Below, piece by piece: positions 9,794-18,948 of a stretch of DNA of 23,171 bases. The DNA is from Promethearchaeota archaeon. Lineage in GTDB: Archaea > Asgardarchaeota > Lokiarchaeia > Sigyniarchaeales > SOKP01. The first letter of the stretch is position 1; each line of letters opens with the position of its first letter. The DNA is taken from the NCBI GenBank assembly GCA_048938005.1, contig JBHLMQ010000049.1:1-23171 (forward strand), written 5' to 3'. The position numbers and the translations under genes are program-made. A model generated the notes under the pieces. It did no database searches, was not told where the DNA came from, and saw nothing but the letters and a program-made list of their open reading frames with translations.

Positions 9794-11074
9794 ATGAATA
9801 CAACTGAAGAAGATATGCAAAAATGGTTTGGTAATTTTTCAGCTAAAACTTTTGCAGATGGTATGTGTCATATTATTGGAGCATGGGCTAACGTTGGTGT
9901 AATAAAGACGGAAGAAGGATTGGTTGTGTTTGATCTATCGAATAGAGTATATCATCGCCGAATTTTTAATCAAATTCGAAAATTTTCATATAAACAAATA
10001 AAATACATTATTTTTTCTCATGGACATTTTGATCATTGCTTTGGATACGCTTCAATAATTAAAGAGGTTAAGGATAAGGGTTGGCGTATGCCTCAAATTA
10101 TAGTACATGAAAACATTTTGAATAGGTTTGAAAAATATAGAAAACTAGATAAATATCATGCTTGGATAAACAAACAACAGTTTTCTTCATTACCTGCTAT
10201 ACCAAAAGAGGGCGTTTCTGCACACGATACTCTTAATCCTACAATAATAATTCATGGAAATAATAATTATGAGTTTACATTAGGTAATTTTTCTTTTGAA
10301 CTTTATCATGATAAAGGAGAAACAGATGATAGCTTATGGATGTATTTTCCTGAAAAAAAAGTATTGTTCCCAGGAGAATTAGTATCAAATCCCACATTCC
10401 CTAATGTAGGTAATCCATATAAAGTCCAACGATACCCAAAGCAATGGGCAATAGCCATGGAAAGAATGTTAGAAAAAGATGCTGAGTACTTAGTACCAGG
10501 TCATGGACCACTTATAGAAGGTAAAAAAAATGTTAAAGAGGCCTTACTAATTAGAGCCGAAGTATTGCATTTTATATATGATGAGGTTGTAAAAAGACTA
10601 AATGAGGGAAAATGGTTTGAGCAAATATATCATGAGATGCTTGATATCTATCCTGAAAAGTTTAAGAATCACAAGTTTTTAACTCCATCATATGGTTGTT
10701 ATCGATTTGCAATACATGCAGTTTATAGGCTCTTTCATGGATGGTATACCACAGGAAATCCAACCGATCTTTTTCCAGCTAAATCTAATGAGATAGCAAA
10801 AGAATTTTTAGAAATTAATGATGAAAAACAATATCTTAACCATGCAAAAAAACTATTTAAAGAAGGGAAATCTCAATTATCTTTACATATCCTTGATATT
10901 ATAATTAAAGGATCAATCTCAGATAATAAAAGTACACTTTTAGACGCATGTTCTTTAAAATCAAAGATCTTAACTCAAAAGGCGGTAGAGGAACCCTCAT
11001 TTATTGCAAAAAATATATTAAGGAATGGGGTATCTGAATTAAAATCTAAAATGGAAGAATTAGAAAGATCATAA
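9794..11074 (+). CDS. Alkyl/aryl sulfatase-like metallo-beta-lactamase-fold hydrolase (SdsA1/Bds1-like) with dimerisation domain
   Basis: SHGHFDH (HxHxDH), KGETDD, FPGE (Glu at the bridging position), PGHG, and the dimerisation-domain segment YRLFHGWYTTGNPTDLFP. Confidence 0.85.
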   Translation: MNTTEEDMQKWFGNFSAKTFADGMCHIIGAWANVGVIKTEEGLVVFDLSNRVYHRRIFNQIRKFSYKQIKYIIFSHGHFDHCFGYASIIKEVKDKGWRMPQIIVHENILNRFEKYRKLDKYHAWINKQQFSSLPAIPKEGVSAHDTLNPTIIIHGNNNYEFTLGNFSFELYHDKGETDDSLWMYFPEKKVLFPGELVSNPTFPNVGNPYKVQRYPKQWAIAMERMLEKDAEYLVPGHGPLIEGKKNVKEALLIRAEVLHFIYDEVVKRLNEGKWFEQIYHEMLDIYPEKFKNHKFLTPSYGCYRFAIHAVYRLFHGWYTTGNPTDLFPAKSNEIAKEFLEINDEKQYLNHAKKLFKEGKSQLSLHILDIIIKGSISDNKSTLLDACSLKSKILTQKAVEEPSFIAKNILRNGVSELKSKMEELERS

Positions 11075-11083
11075 ACTTAGTAA

Positions 11084-11094
11084 TTTTTTTTTTT
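11084..11094 (+). terminator. Putative oligo-T terminator
   Basis: T11 run starting 10 nt after the sulfatase stop. Confidence 0.45.
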
Positions 11095-11164
11095 GTATAA
11101 ACCATTTATATTTATAATACTCTGAAATTTTATCCAAAGTTAATAAATTAGATGTAAAAATTAA

Positions 11165-12925
11165 ATGAATAATGAAGAAATAAGAAAGCTACTTTGGTTA
11201 AGTGGTTTAAAAAACGCAGTTAAATTTAATGGGAAGCCAAATAAAAAAGCTATAATGGGAAAACTTATGGCTTCTCGACCTGATTTAAAAGCTCATGCCA
11301 AAATTGTTCTTCCTCTATTAGATCAAATAATTGATGAAATTTTAAAATTGGATTTAAAGGAGCAAACAGAAAAATTATTGCAGTTAGATCCACATGCATT
11401 AGATAAAAAAGAAGCTCTAGAAGCAAAAAAAGAATTACCAGAATTACCTAATCTTTCTAAATATGAGAAAGTTATTATGCGTTTAGCTCCCTATCCGAGT
11501 GGAGCATTACATTTAGGGAATGCTAGAATGATTGTATTAAATGATGAATATATAAAACGTCATAATGGTGAACTTATTTTATTTTTTGATGATACAATAG
11601 GGAGTCCTAAATCATTAAGGGACAGCCCTAAAGCTAAATATGTTTTACCAGAAGCCTATGATTTAATAAAAGACGGATTAGAATGGTTAGGGGTAAAATA
11701 TAACAAAATTTACTATAAAAGCGATAGGTTAGAAATCTCTTATGAATACTGTGAAAAGCTAATTAAAGATAATATAGCTTATGTTTGTTTTTGTCCTGCA
11801 GACGAATTTAGGAATAAATTTAAAAGAGAAAAGAAAGATTGCCCTCATAGAAATCATTCTATTGATAAGAACTTAGAAGAATGGAAGGCTATGCTCAATA
11901 AAAAATATTCTGAAGGTGAAGCGGTGGTAAGATTAAAAACTGGTATGGATCAAAAGGATCCAGCTTTAAGAGATCAAATTATTATGAGGATTTCTGAAGC
12001 AGAACATCCAAGAGTAGGGAATAAATATATTATATGGCCTATGTTAGAATATTCTTGGGCAATAGATGATTATTTAATCGGTGCAACTCATATTTTGAGA
12101 GGAATAGATTTGGTTAAAGAAGGCATTATAGAGGAATTTATTTGGGATCATTTTGGTTGGAGAAAAGCTGAATTACTTTATTATGGAAGAATTAATTTTG
12201 CCGATGTGAAATTAAGTAAAACAGAGTCAAGAAATAATATTCAGAGGGGAAAATATGAAGGTTGGGAAGATCCCAGAACATGGAGTTTACAATCCCTCAA
12301 AAAACGTGGAATCAAACCAGAAGCACTAAGAGAAACACTTCTAGACCTCGGTATGTCTCAATCAGGAATAAACTTTTCTGTAAATTGGTTATATTCAAAA
12401 AATCAAGATATTATAGATGAAATCTCTGATCGATACTTCTTTGTTGAGGATCCAATCATAGTTATTATTGAAAACATTCCTGAAATAGAATATATCGCAG
12501 AACCTTTATTACTTCCAACACATCCTAAAAAGGGGAAAAGAAAGATAAGATGTGTTACAGAAAACAATCAATTGAAACTATTGATAGCATCATCTGATGC
12601 AAAAAATTTCAAAAAAGATCTAGTAGTTCGATTAAAAGATTTAATGAATATCCAGATTAACTCTATTGATTTGAATAATAAAAAAATATTTGCTACATAT
12701 CATAGTAAGGAATTAAATCGTGATTTCTCAATTATTCAATGGGTACCCAAAGATGAGAATATCAATGTTTCAATTCTAAAACCTGATGGAACGATATCAA
12801 AAGGTAAGGGGGAAATAAATCTTTTAAATATACCTATAGATCAAACAATTCAATTTGAACGTTATGGGTTCGTAAATCCAATATCCCTAAAAAATGAATC
12901 TCTCTATTGTTATTTCACTCATTAA
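11165..12925 (+). CDS. gltX: Glutamate--tRNA ligase, archaeal type
   Basis: Archaeal N-terminal extension (NAVKFNGK), RLAPYPSGALHLGN (HIGH), FDDT, YVCFC...CPHR zinc site, KLSKT (KMSKS), WEDPR, QFERYGF. Confidence 0.97.
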   Translation: MNNEEIRKLLWLSGLKNAVKFNGKPNKKAIMGKLMASRPDLKAHAKIVLPLLDQIIDEILKLDLKEQTEKLLQLDPHALDKKEALEAKKELPELPNLSKYEKVIMRLAPYPSGALHLGNARMIVLNDEYIKRHNGELILFFDDTIGSPKSLRDSPKAKYVLPEAYDLIKDGLEWLGVKYNKIYYKSDRLEISYEYCEKLIKDNIAYVCFCPADEFRNKFKREKKDCPHRNHSIDKNLEEWKAMLNKKYSEGEAVVRLKTGMDQKDPALRDQIIMRISEAEHPRVGNKYIIWPMLEYSWAIDDYLIGATHILRGIDLVKEGIIEEFIWDHFGWRKAELLYYGRINFADVKLSKTESRNNIQRGKYEGWEDPRTWSLQSLKKRGIKPEALRETLLDLGMSQSGINFSVNWLYSKNQDIIDEISDRYFFVEDPIIVIIENIPEIEYIAEPLLLPTHPKKGKRKIRCVTENNQLKLLIASSDAKNFKKDLVVRLKDLMNIQINSIDLNNKKIFATYHSKELNRDFSIIQWVPKDENINVSILKPDGTISKGKGEINLLNIPIDQTIQFERYGFVNPISLKNESLYCYFTH

Positions 12926-12929
12926 ATAG

Positions 12930-12937
12930 TTTTTTTT
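12930..12937 (+). terminator. Putative oligo-T terminator of gltX
   Basis: T8 run just after the stop codon, with further T runs downstream. Confidence 0.4.
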
Positions 12938-13089
12938 ATTCCTAAACCACTTTTTTTAATGTCACATAGAAAAAAATACATCAAAATATTATGATTTAAT
13001 AGACTTGAATCATAAGATTTTAATAATCGTTTAGCAATTTGTAACACTTAAAGAATAATTTTAAATTCTTTTTTGAAAGGAGACACACA

Positions 13090-15006
13090 ATGAGGTCATT
13101 TCTTCCGTGTAAAAAATGTGGAAATTCACTGCCCGTTGTAAAGGGATCGGTAGCCAAGTGTCCTTATTGTGAGACAAAAACATTATATATGGAATCAATC
13201 TATTCTTTTAAATATTATTTAACTGAAATTTTAAATCTTACATCATTAAAAGCGGAAAAATCCATTAAAACCTCTGAACTTGAAAGAAGAAAATCCTTAA
13301 TTGACTCTTTTTTTTATAAACTTAAATCTGTGTTTAATGAATACAGACATCTGATTATTACGAAATTGGATAATATCAGCATTGAACCTTTAAAACTATT
13401 AAATTTAATTCGGTCTACTGGCAATTTTGAGATCATTATCGAGGAATTTTTATTAATATATATAAAAGATGATAAAATTAGAAAAAAGTATGAAGAATTC
13501 AGAGATTACGCCTATATTATTAACAAATCATTGTTAGGATTATATTATAGTTATTTGGCAAAAATTTCAATCTATCTTGAAAACTGCGCAAAGTATTATC
13601 AACTTGCTGAGAACAACTATCAGAATATTGTAGATTACTGTAATATCACAAAACTAGAAGACAACCGTTTTAAGCTTTATAAGAAAAAAGAAATTTATAC
13701 AATCCTTTCTGAGTTTACTTCAATATTAAGAGGGATCCTAAATAAGAATCCCAAATATTATTCTGAACAGTTAGAAAATTTACTTAATAGAGTTCTCAAA
13801 ATCAAAGCAGGAGAGATTCATAGAATCAATTTATATACTCAAATTGAAAAAATATACCAATTAGAACGTAATACATGTGTCGTATTAGAAAAAGTAAAAA
13901 TCGATTGCCCATTGTTATCTACAGATACTTTGGAAGAAAATATTATTTTTAACACAGAAGAAAATCTTGAGAAGTTAGATGTTGTTCGGAATTGGATCAA
14001 GAATGCATCTGAGAGATACCAAAAATATCAAAGAAACCTTTTAAAATTACATTCTGGAAAATTAATTAAATATTTAGAATCTTATCGTGCAGAATTCATC
14101 AATTATAAAAATATGAATGTTGAAAAATTCAATCATTTATTAGAAGAAATGGTTAAAAAGGCTTTTGACACCTATAACTCTGAAGCTATTGAGGTTTTAA
14201 ATACAATAAGTGATTTTTTAAAATTTGATAACTTCAATGAGAGAATCATTGAAAAATTTGAGATTGAACACAAAGATTTGATACAATTAGATGAACTCTT
14301 AAAAAATTTTATCAACGATATTTTCGAGAAACCATTACTTAGAAATCTTGAATCAGAATATTATAAAAAATTGATTTTGCTAATTTCGGGCAAACATACT
14401 GAATTTGATAAACATATCTTGAAATGCATTAATCATATGTTATTAGAGTTTCAGGAATTTAGAGATAAAAAAGTATTATCATTGGAAGAACAAAAAAATC
14501 AATTTAGTTTAGAATTAAAACCCAATCTTCAAAAACTAATTGATTTAAGCTTTAATTTAGATAAAAAGTTTTTACCATATCCTCTTTTCATAGATATTAA
14601 TACACAGAATAAAAGACTGAAAGTAAATAATTCTGAAATTATTAATTTTATTATTGAAAATCCGAATTTTATAGAAATTAAGGATATAAAGATATATTTT
14701 TTTATGTCTAACTCATTTCAAGCAAAATTAAAGTATACAACTATAAAGAAATTAAAAGCTAATGAAAGAAGAAATATAAAAACAAAGATTACCCCAACAA
14801 AAGAAGGCACTTACCTGTATATGGTTATGATTGAATACCAGCACATTAATAAAACTTTTTGGATGCCTTCGATAAAACTTGAATTAACGGTTGAAGAAGC
14901 TGATCCAGTTATTAAATACAATTATTATCCAAAAACAGATATAAATATGTATTATAATGAACTTGAAGCAACTAGAGTTTTAAAACATGTCAGAAGTACT
15001 ATTTAA
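13090..15006 (+). CDS. Hypothetical protein: N-terminal zinc ribbon, long helical region, C-terminal Ig-like beta-sandwich
   Basis: CKKC...CPYC at the N-terminus; amphipathic helical core; alternating beta pattern near the C-terminus (IINFIIENP...IKDIKIYF...LKANERRNIKTKITPTKEGTY...IEY); AAGGAG Shine-Dalgarno upstream. Confidence 0.8.
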   Translation: MRSFLPCKKCGNSLPVVKGSVAKCPYCETKTLYMESIYSFKYYLTEILNLTSLKAEKSIKTSELERRKSLIDSFFYKLKSVFNEYRHLIITKLDNISIEPLKLLNLIRSTGNFEIIIEEFLLIYIKDDKIRKKYEEFRDYAYIINKSLLGLYYSYLAKISIYLENCAKYYQLAENNYQNIVDYCNITKLEDNRFKLYKKKEIYTILSEFTSILRGILNKNPKYYSEQLENLLNRVLKIKAGEIHRINLYTQIEKIYQLERNTCVVLEKVKIDCPLLSTDTLEENIIFNTEENLEKLDVVRNWIKNASERYQKYQRNLLKLHSGKLIKYLESYRAEFINYKNMNVEKFNHLLEEMVKKAFDTYNSEAIEVLNTISDFLKFDNFNERIIEKFEIEHKDLIQLDELLKNFINDIFEKPLLRNLESEYYKKLILLISGKHTEFDKHILKCINHMLLEFQEFRDKKVLSLEEQKNQFSLELKPNLQKLIDLSFNLDKKFLPYPLFIDINTQNKRLKVNNSEIINFIIENPNFIEIKDIKIYFFMSNSFQAKLKYTTIKKLKANERRNIKTKITPTKEGTYLYMVMIEYQHINKTFWMPSIKLELTVEEADPVIKYNYYPKTDINMYYNELEATRVLKHVRSTI

Positions 15007-15096
15007 AGATTTAAAAAAAAATCTGGTTTACTAAATTTCTTTATAAATTGAAATGTAAAATTTTTATTTATTTAATTTCTTTTTGTAATTTGATAA

Positions 15097-16220
15097 TGAA
15101 TAACAAAGAAGCTCAAGATCTTAATAAAAGGCGAGACTATACAAATTCTAATGATAAAACAGCATTAAACAAATTAAATTGGTCTTTTTGTCCATTTTGT
15201 GGGAATAAAATTCCAAAAATTCGAAAATTAAAGTTTTGTATAAATTGTGGAACTAATATTAATTACCTTAAAGAATTTAAGAAATTACAGCCAAAAAAAG
15301 TAAAAAATCCTTTTATTCATGCAACAGAATATCCCATGACTTTAACACCTTCAATTGTATATGGTCCTAAGAAAATTTTAGATGATGAAATAATTAATAC
15401 AAAAGATCATGAATTATGGGGGACCATGGCTTCCATTGGGGTGCCCTTGGGTGCATATCTTTTAATGAATTTTATAGCTGCAATATTATTCGCTATTATC
15501 ATTTATTTTTCTTTTAATTTGGAGTTTTTATTCGATCCATACTTTATAATTTTTAGTTCTTTCTTTGAATTAATATTTATACTAATTCCAATAATATATG
15601 TGAAAAACTATCTCCAAAATCCCACTTTAAAAAATAGGTTAGGTTTATTGGGATTTACTTTAAAAGGATTTAATAAAAAAGAAATCTTTAAAGAAATTTT
15701 AATAGGATTGGGATTTGCTGTAATAGGGATATTATTAGTTGCCTCCGTCTCATTTCTAACTGAGTTTATATTAAAAATATTTTTTGGGATTGAAATTGTT
15801 CGTGATTTAAGTAGTACTACTACTGATGTGGAACTGATTATCTCATCCGCAAATATTTTTAGTTTGATTTTATTATCTATAGTAATGATATTAATTATTG
15901 GGACATCTGAAGAGATATTATTTAGAGGTTTTATGCAAAAAGGTTTAATGCGGAGCCTAGGTAATAAATGGGGTATTCTAATTACTGCTTTTATTTTTTC
16001 AATGATTCATCTATTAGGAATATTTTTAATAGGATTAGAAACTCCATTAGTTCTAATAATTTTATTTTTTTTATCGTTTGTTCCTTACTTTGCGATCTCA
16101 TTAATGTTAGGCTTAATCTATTATTGGAGAAATGAGAATTTAATAGCTGTTATTATAGCTCATGGCGTTTATGATACATTAGCAATAATATTAGCTTACA
16201 TTTTTTATTATATGGTTTAA
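15097..16220 (+). CDS. CPBP/Abi (type II CAAX, Rce1-like) intramembrane glutamic protease with N-terminal double zinc ribbon
   Basis: CPFCG...CINCG; multiple TM helices; EEILFRG, FSMIH and HGVYD motifs. ATG 15097 preferred over the TTG at 15048. Confidence 0.9.
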
Positions 16221-16239
16221 ATATTTCTGGGCATTTAAA

Positions 16240-17100
16240 ATGAAAATAATACAAAAATTTGAATTAAAAGCAAAGCAAAAGAGAACCAATATTGGAATTG
16301 GATTAGGGGATTCTAAATATCATAATCAGAAAATTTTAAAGGCATGTTTAAATTTCTTGGAGCAATATAAGTCAAATATTTATTTTTTTGGCAAATCTGA
16401 TTCCATGAATAATTTTCTTGAACAAATTCGAAATAGTAAAACTAAATTAAGAGTGGAATTTGTTGAATGTAAAAATCCTGAAATTAATATTTTTAATTTT
16501 TTAAAAAATAACACTATTCATGCTATTGTGAGGGGTTCTTTAAGTTCAAATAAATTCCTAGAAAATCTTAAAATAAATCTAAATGTTAGAGAAATCAATA
16601 GATTAGCATTATTGGAAACATCTAGTGGGCATCAATTCTTTTATGGTCCAGTTGGTATTGATGAATGTAATCGTTTGGAAGATAAAATTATATTTCTAGA
16701 GGCAGCTATAAAGGAACTGAGAAGATTCAATATTATTCCAAAGATTAGTATTTTAAGTGGGGGAAGAATAAGCGATATTGGCAGAGATGATAAAGTTGAT
16801 AAAACTATTGAAGACGCGAACAAAATTGTTAAATTTCTTGAAATAAAATATCCAAATTTAATGATCTCTCATGATGAGATATTAATAGAAAAAGCTATCG
16901 AAAATAAATCTAATTTAATTATTGCTCCTGATGGTATCTCAGGTAATTTAATATATCGCACACTTGTCCATTTAGGAGGCGGAAAAGCATATGGTGCAAT
17001 TTATATGAATTTAAATAGCCCCATTATTGACACATCCCGAGTGGGTAAATTTTCTGAAATTTATGGTGCCTTATTATTAGCACAAGCTCTATCAGAATAA
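16240..17100 (+). CDS. mtxX: MtxX / methanogenesis marker 4-like protein (phosphotransacetylase-like fold)
   Basis: IGIG, AIVRGSL, RLALLE, GPVGIDE, LSGGR..DIGR, ILIEKA, IIAPDGISGNLIYRTLVHLGGG, IDTSR. Confidence 0.8.
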   Translation: MKIIQKFELKAKQKRTNIGIGLGDSKYHNQKILKACLNFLEQYKSNIYFFGKSDSMNNFLEQIRNSKTKLRVEFVECKNPEINIFNFLKNNTIHAIVRGSLSSNKFLENLKINLNVREINRLALLETSSGHQFFYGPVGIDECNRLEDKIIFLEAAIKELRRFNIIPKISILSGGRISDIGRDDKVDKTIEDANKIVKFLEIKYPNLMISHDEILIEKAIENKSNLIIAPDGISGNLIYRTLVHLGGGKAYGAIYMNLNSPIIDTSRVGKFSEIYGALLLAQALSE

Positions 17101-17378
17101 TATGTTATCTTAATTTTTATAACAAATACTCTAGTGAAAAATTTCTTATCTTGTTGTTTTAACTTAATACTTTCACCTATAATTGTGAATTTCGCTTTTA
17201 GTTTCACATCTTTCTGTGAAAGTATAGAGTGAATTAATTTCATTATTTTTTGAATTCATATTGCTTCAACATAAAACACCATAAATCTCCTTATTTCCTT
17301 GACATTTTAAATTATTTCTATTTTATAAAACTCATAGAAAAAATTTCAAAAGAGAAAATTAGTATCAGATCAATATTC

Positions 17379-18254
17379 TTAATAAATATTTTCAAACTCT
17401 TTAATTAAAGCTGAAAAATTTTTTTCTTCATCTGATGCGTTTAAAAAAGCAAGAGTTTCTTTTAATTCTTGGAGATTTTTTATTCCAGGTATAGTAGTTG
17501 AAACACCGGTTTGAGAAAGGGTATAATTCAGGCATTTTATGGGATTAATATCTTTAGGTATCTTTTTTTTTACATTAATTCCTCCAGATTGATATTTTGC
17601 AATACTTACAGTCCGATTTCTTTGTAATAATTTTCCTCCAGCAAAAGGTTTAATAGCTACAAGACCTATTCCTTCATTGGTACACATTTGCAAAAAATTT
17701 TCTCTCTTTGGCATAACATGATTTACTAGATTAATTTGATTCATTATGATATCAAAATAACCGCTCTTAACAGCTTTTTGACCAATGGAAATGTTGTGAG
17801 TACTTAAACCTATAAATATTGCTTTTTTATCTTTTTGCAGTTTTTTGGCTAGATCTAATAAACCTCCTGGAGCTATAATTGATTCATATTCTCTTTCTTT
17901 AATGAATTGTAAATTAATAATATCACAATAACCCTTACCAAATTTAGATAATGTATTTAAGAAAGTTCGCTCACAATCTTTAATATTGCGTGTTCTTCGA
18001 ACTTTTCCATCTTGTTCTACTGTTCCTAAATGACAAGTGAGTATTACGTCATCTTTATAATCCTTTATTGCAGAACTAATATTATCGATGTATGCGGATA
18101 CATTAAAAACAATATCAAAATAATTAATCCCATTTCTAATAGCTTCATGTATTATTGAAATCACAATCTTCTTAGGTTGTCTAAATAAATATTCAGTCCC
18201 TAAGCCAATTTCACTAACTTTTAAACCCGTTCGTCCTAATGTGCGAAATTTCAT
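17379..18254 (-). CDS. Aldo/keto reductase family protein with divergent active site
   Basis: FRTLGRTGLKVSEIGLG, GINYFD, IGLSTH, AIKPFAGG, TTIPG. Confidence 0.9.
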   Translation of the reverse strand: MKFRTLGRTGLKVSEIGLGTEYLFRQPKKIVISIIHEAIRNGINYFDIVFNVSAYIDNISSAIKDYKDDVILTCHLGTVEQDGKVRRTRNIKDCERTFLNTLSKFGKGYCDIINLQFIKEREYESIIAPGGLLDLAKKLQKDKKAIFIGLSTHNISIGQKAVKSGYFDIIMNQINLVNHVMPKRENFLQMCTNEGIGLVAIKPFAGGKLLQRNRTVSIAKYQSGGINVKKKIPKDINPIKCLNYTLSQTGVSTTIPGIKNLQELKETLAFLNASDEEKNFSALIKEFENIY

Positions 18255-18442
18255 ATCAAAACTTATATACTTAAGAAAATTATTTCAAAAAATTCAAATC
18301 CATTTTTGTAATATTTTAAGTTTATAATATTTAAAAAGTAAAATAGTCTGAATATTTTTTCTAACTTAAATAGTTTACATTTGTTTATTGTATGAAATTA
18401 TTTAATAAAAATCAGGAAAAAAAAGAAAGAAATCTTAAAGAA

Positions 18443-18745
18443 TTAAGTAATTGCTCCAATAATTGCTGCGATAAGTACGATTATCCCACCAATGAAAACT
18501 GAAAATATGATTAAAAGAATACCAAAAACACCTAGAAATGTTGGAGTATAAGGAATTGGTTTTATTCCTAATAAAATAGAAAGAATTGCGAGAACAACAG
18601 CAATTATTTCTACAATCAATCCAAAACTCCAAAATTCGAAAATTCCAATCAAATGTAATATAGATTCTATGAAGGCTACAATTCCTCCACCAATTGCTAT
18701 AACTCGCATAAACTTATCCGATTCTTGCAACCAACTCCATGGCAC
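18443..18745 (-). CDS. Small integral membrane protein (3-4 TM), unknown function
   Basis: GTG start preceded by an AGGTG Shine-Dalgarno; 100 aa, almost entirely hydrophobic with many Gly. Confidence 0.75.
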   Translation of the reverse strand: MPWSWLQESDKFMRVIAIGGGIVAFIESILHLIGIFEFWSFGLIVEIIAVVLAILSILLGIKPIPYTPTFLGVFGILLIIFSVFIGGIIVLIAAIIGAIT

Positions 18746-18843
18746 TTTTGATCCACCTATATTTTTTTATGTATTTTTTAATCAAAAAATATATTAGATC
18801 CACTTATAAATTTTAACAAAATAAGTAAGATTCTATTAATAAC

Positions 18844-18948
18844 TGGGAGAGGGGGGATTTGAACTTCCGGAAGGCCAACGAAACATTTGGTCTTTCCCCG
18901 GCCACTCGGCCCCCAGCCGAGTATCATACCAATCTAGACCACCCTCCC
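18844..18948 (-). tRNA. tRNA-Pro(GGG) with a 31-nt intron at position 52/53 (T-stem), no encoded CCA
   Basis: Minus strand: acceptor GGGAGGG/CTCTCCC+A; D-arm GTCT-AGATTGGTA-TGAT; anticodon arm CTCGG-CTGGGGG-CCGAG; variable TGGCC. The T-stem GGGG|G is split by 18895-18865, and removing it gives GGGGG-TTCAAAT-CCCCC. Confidence 0.95.

Noticed and set aside
16641-16823. 60-aa minus-strand ORF
   Set aside because: Antisense shadow inside mtxX.
18435-18632. 65-aa Cys-rich ORF (CRNNCCC)
   Set aside because: Alternative frame of the 100-aa membrane protein, which has the Shine-Dalgarno and coherent TM pattern; the Cys codons arise from frame-shifted Val/Ala/Ile codons.
5695-18864. 14-bp direct repeat GGGGGGATTTGAAC (5695-5708 and 18851-18864) as attL/attR of an integrated element
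   Set aside because: Both copies are the conserved T-arms of two complete, different tRNAs; the interval holds gltX and no integrase.
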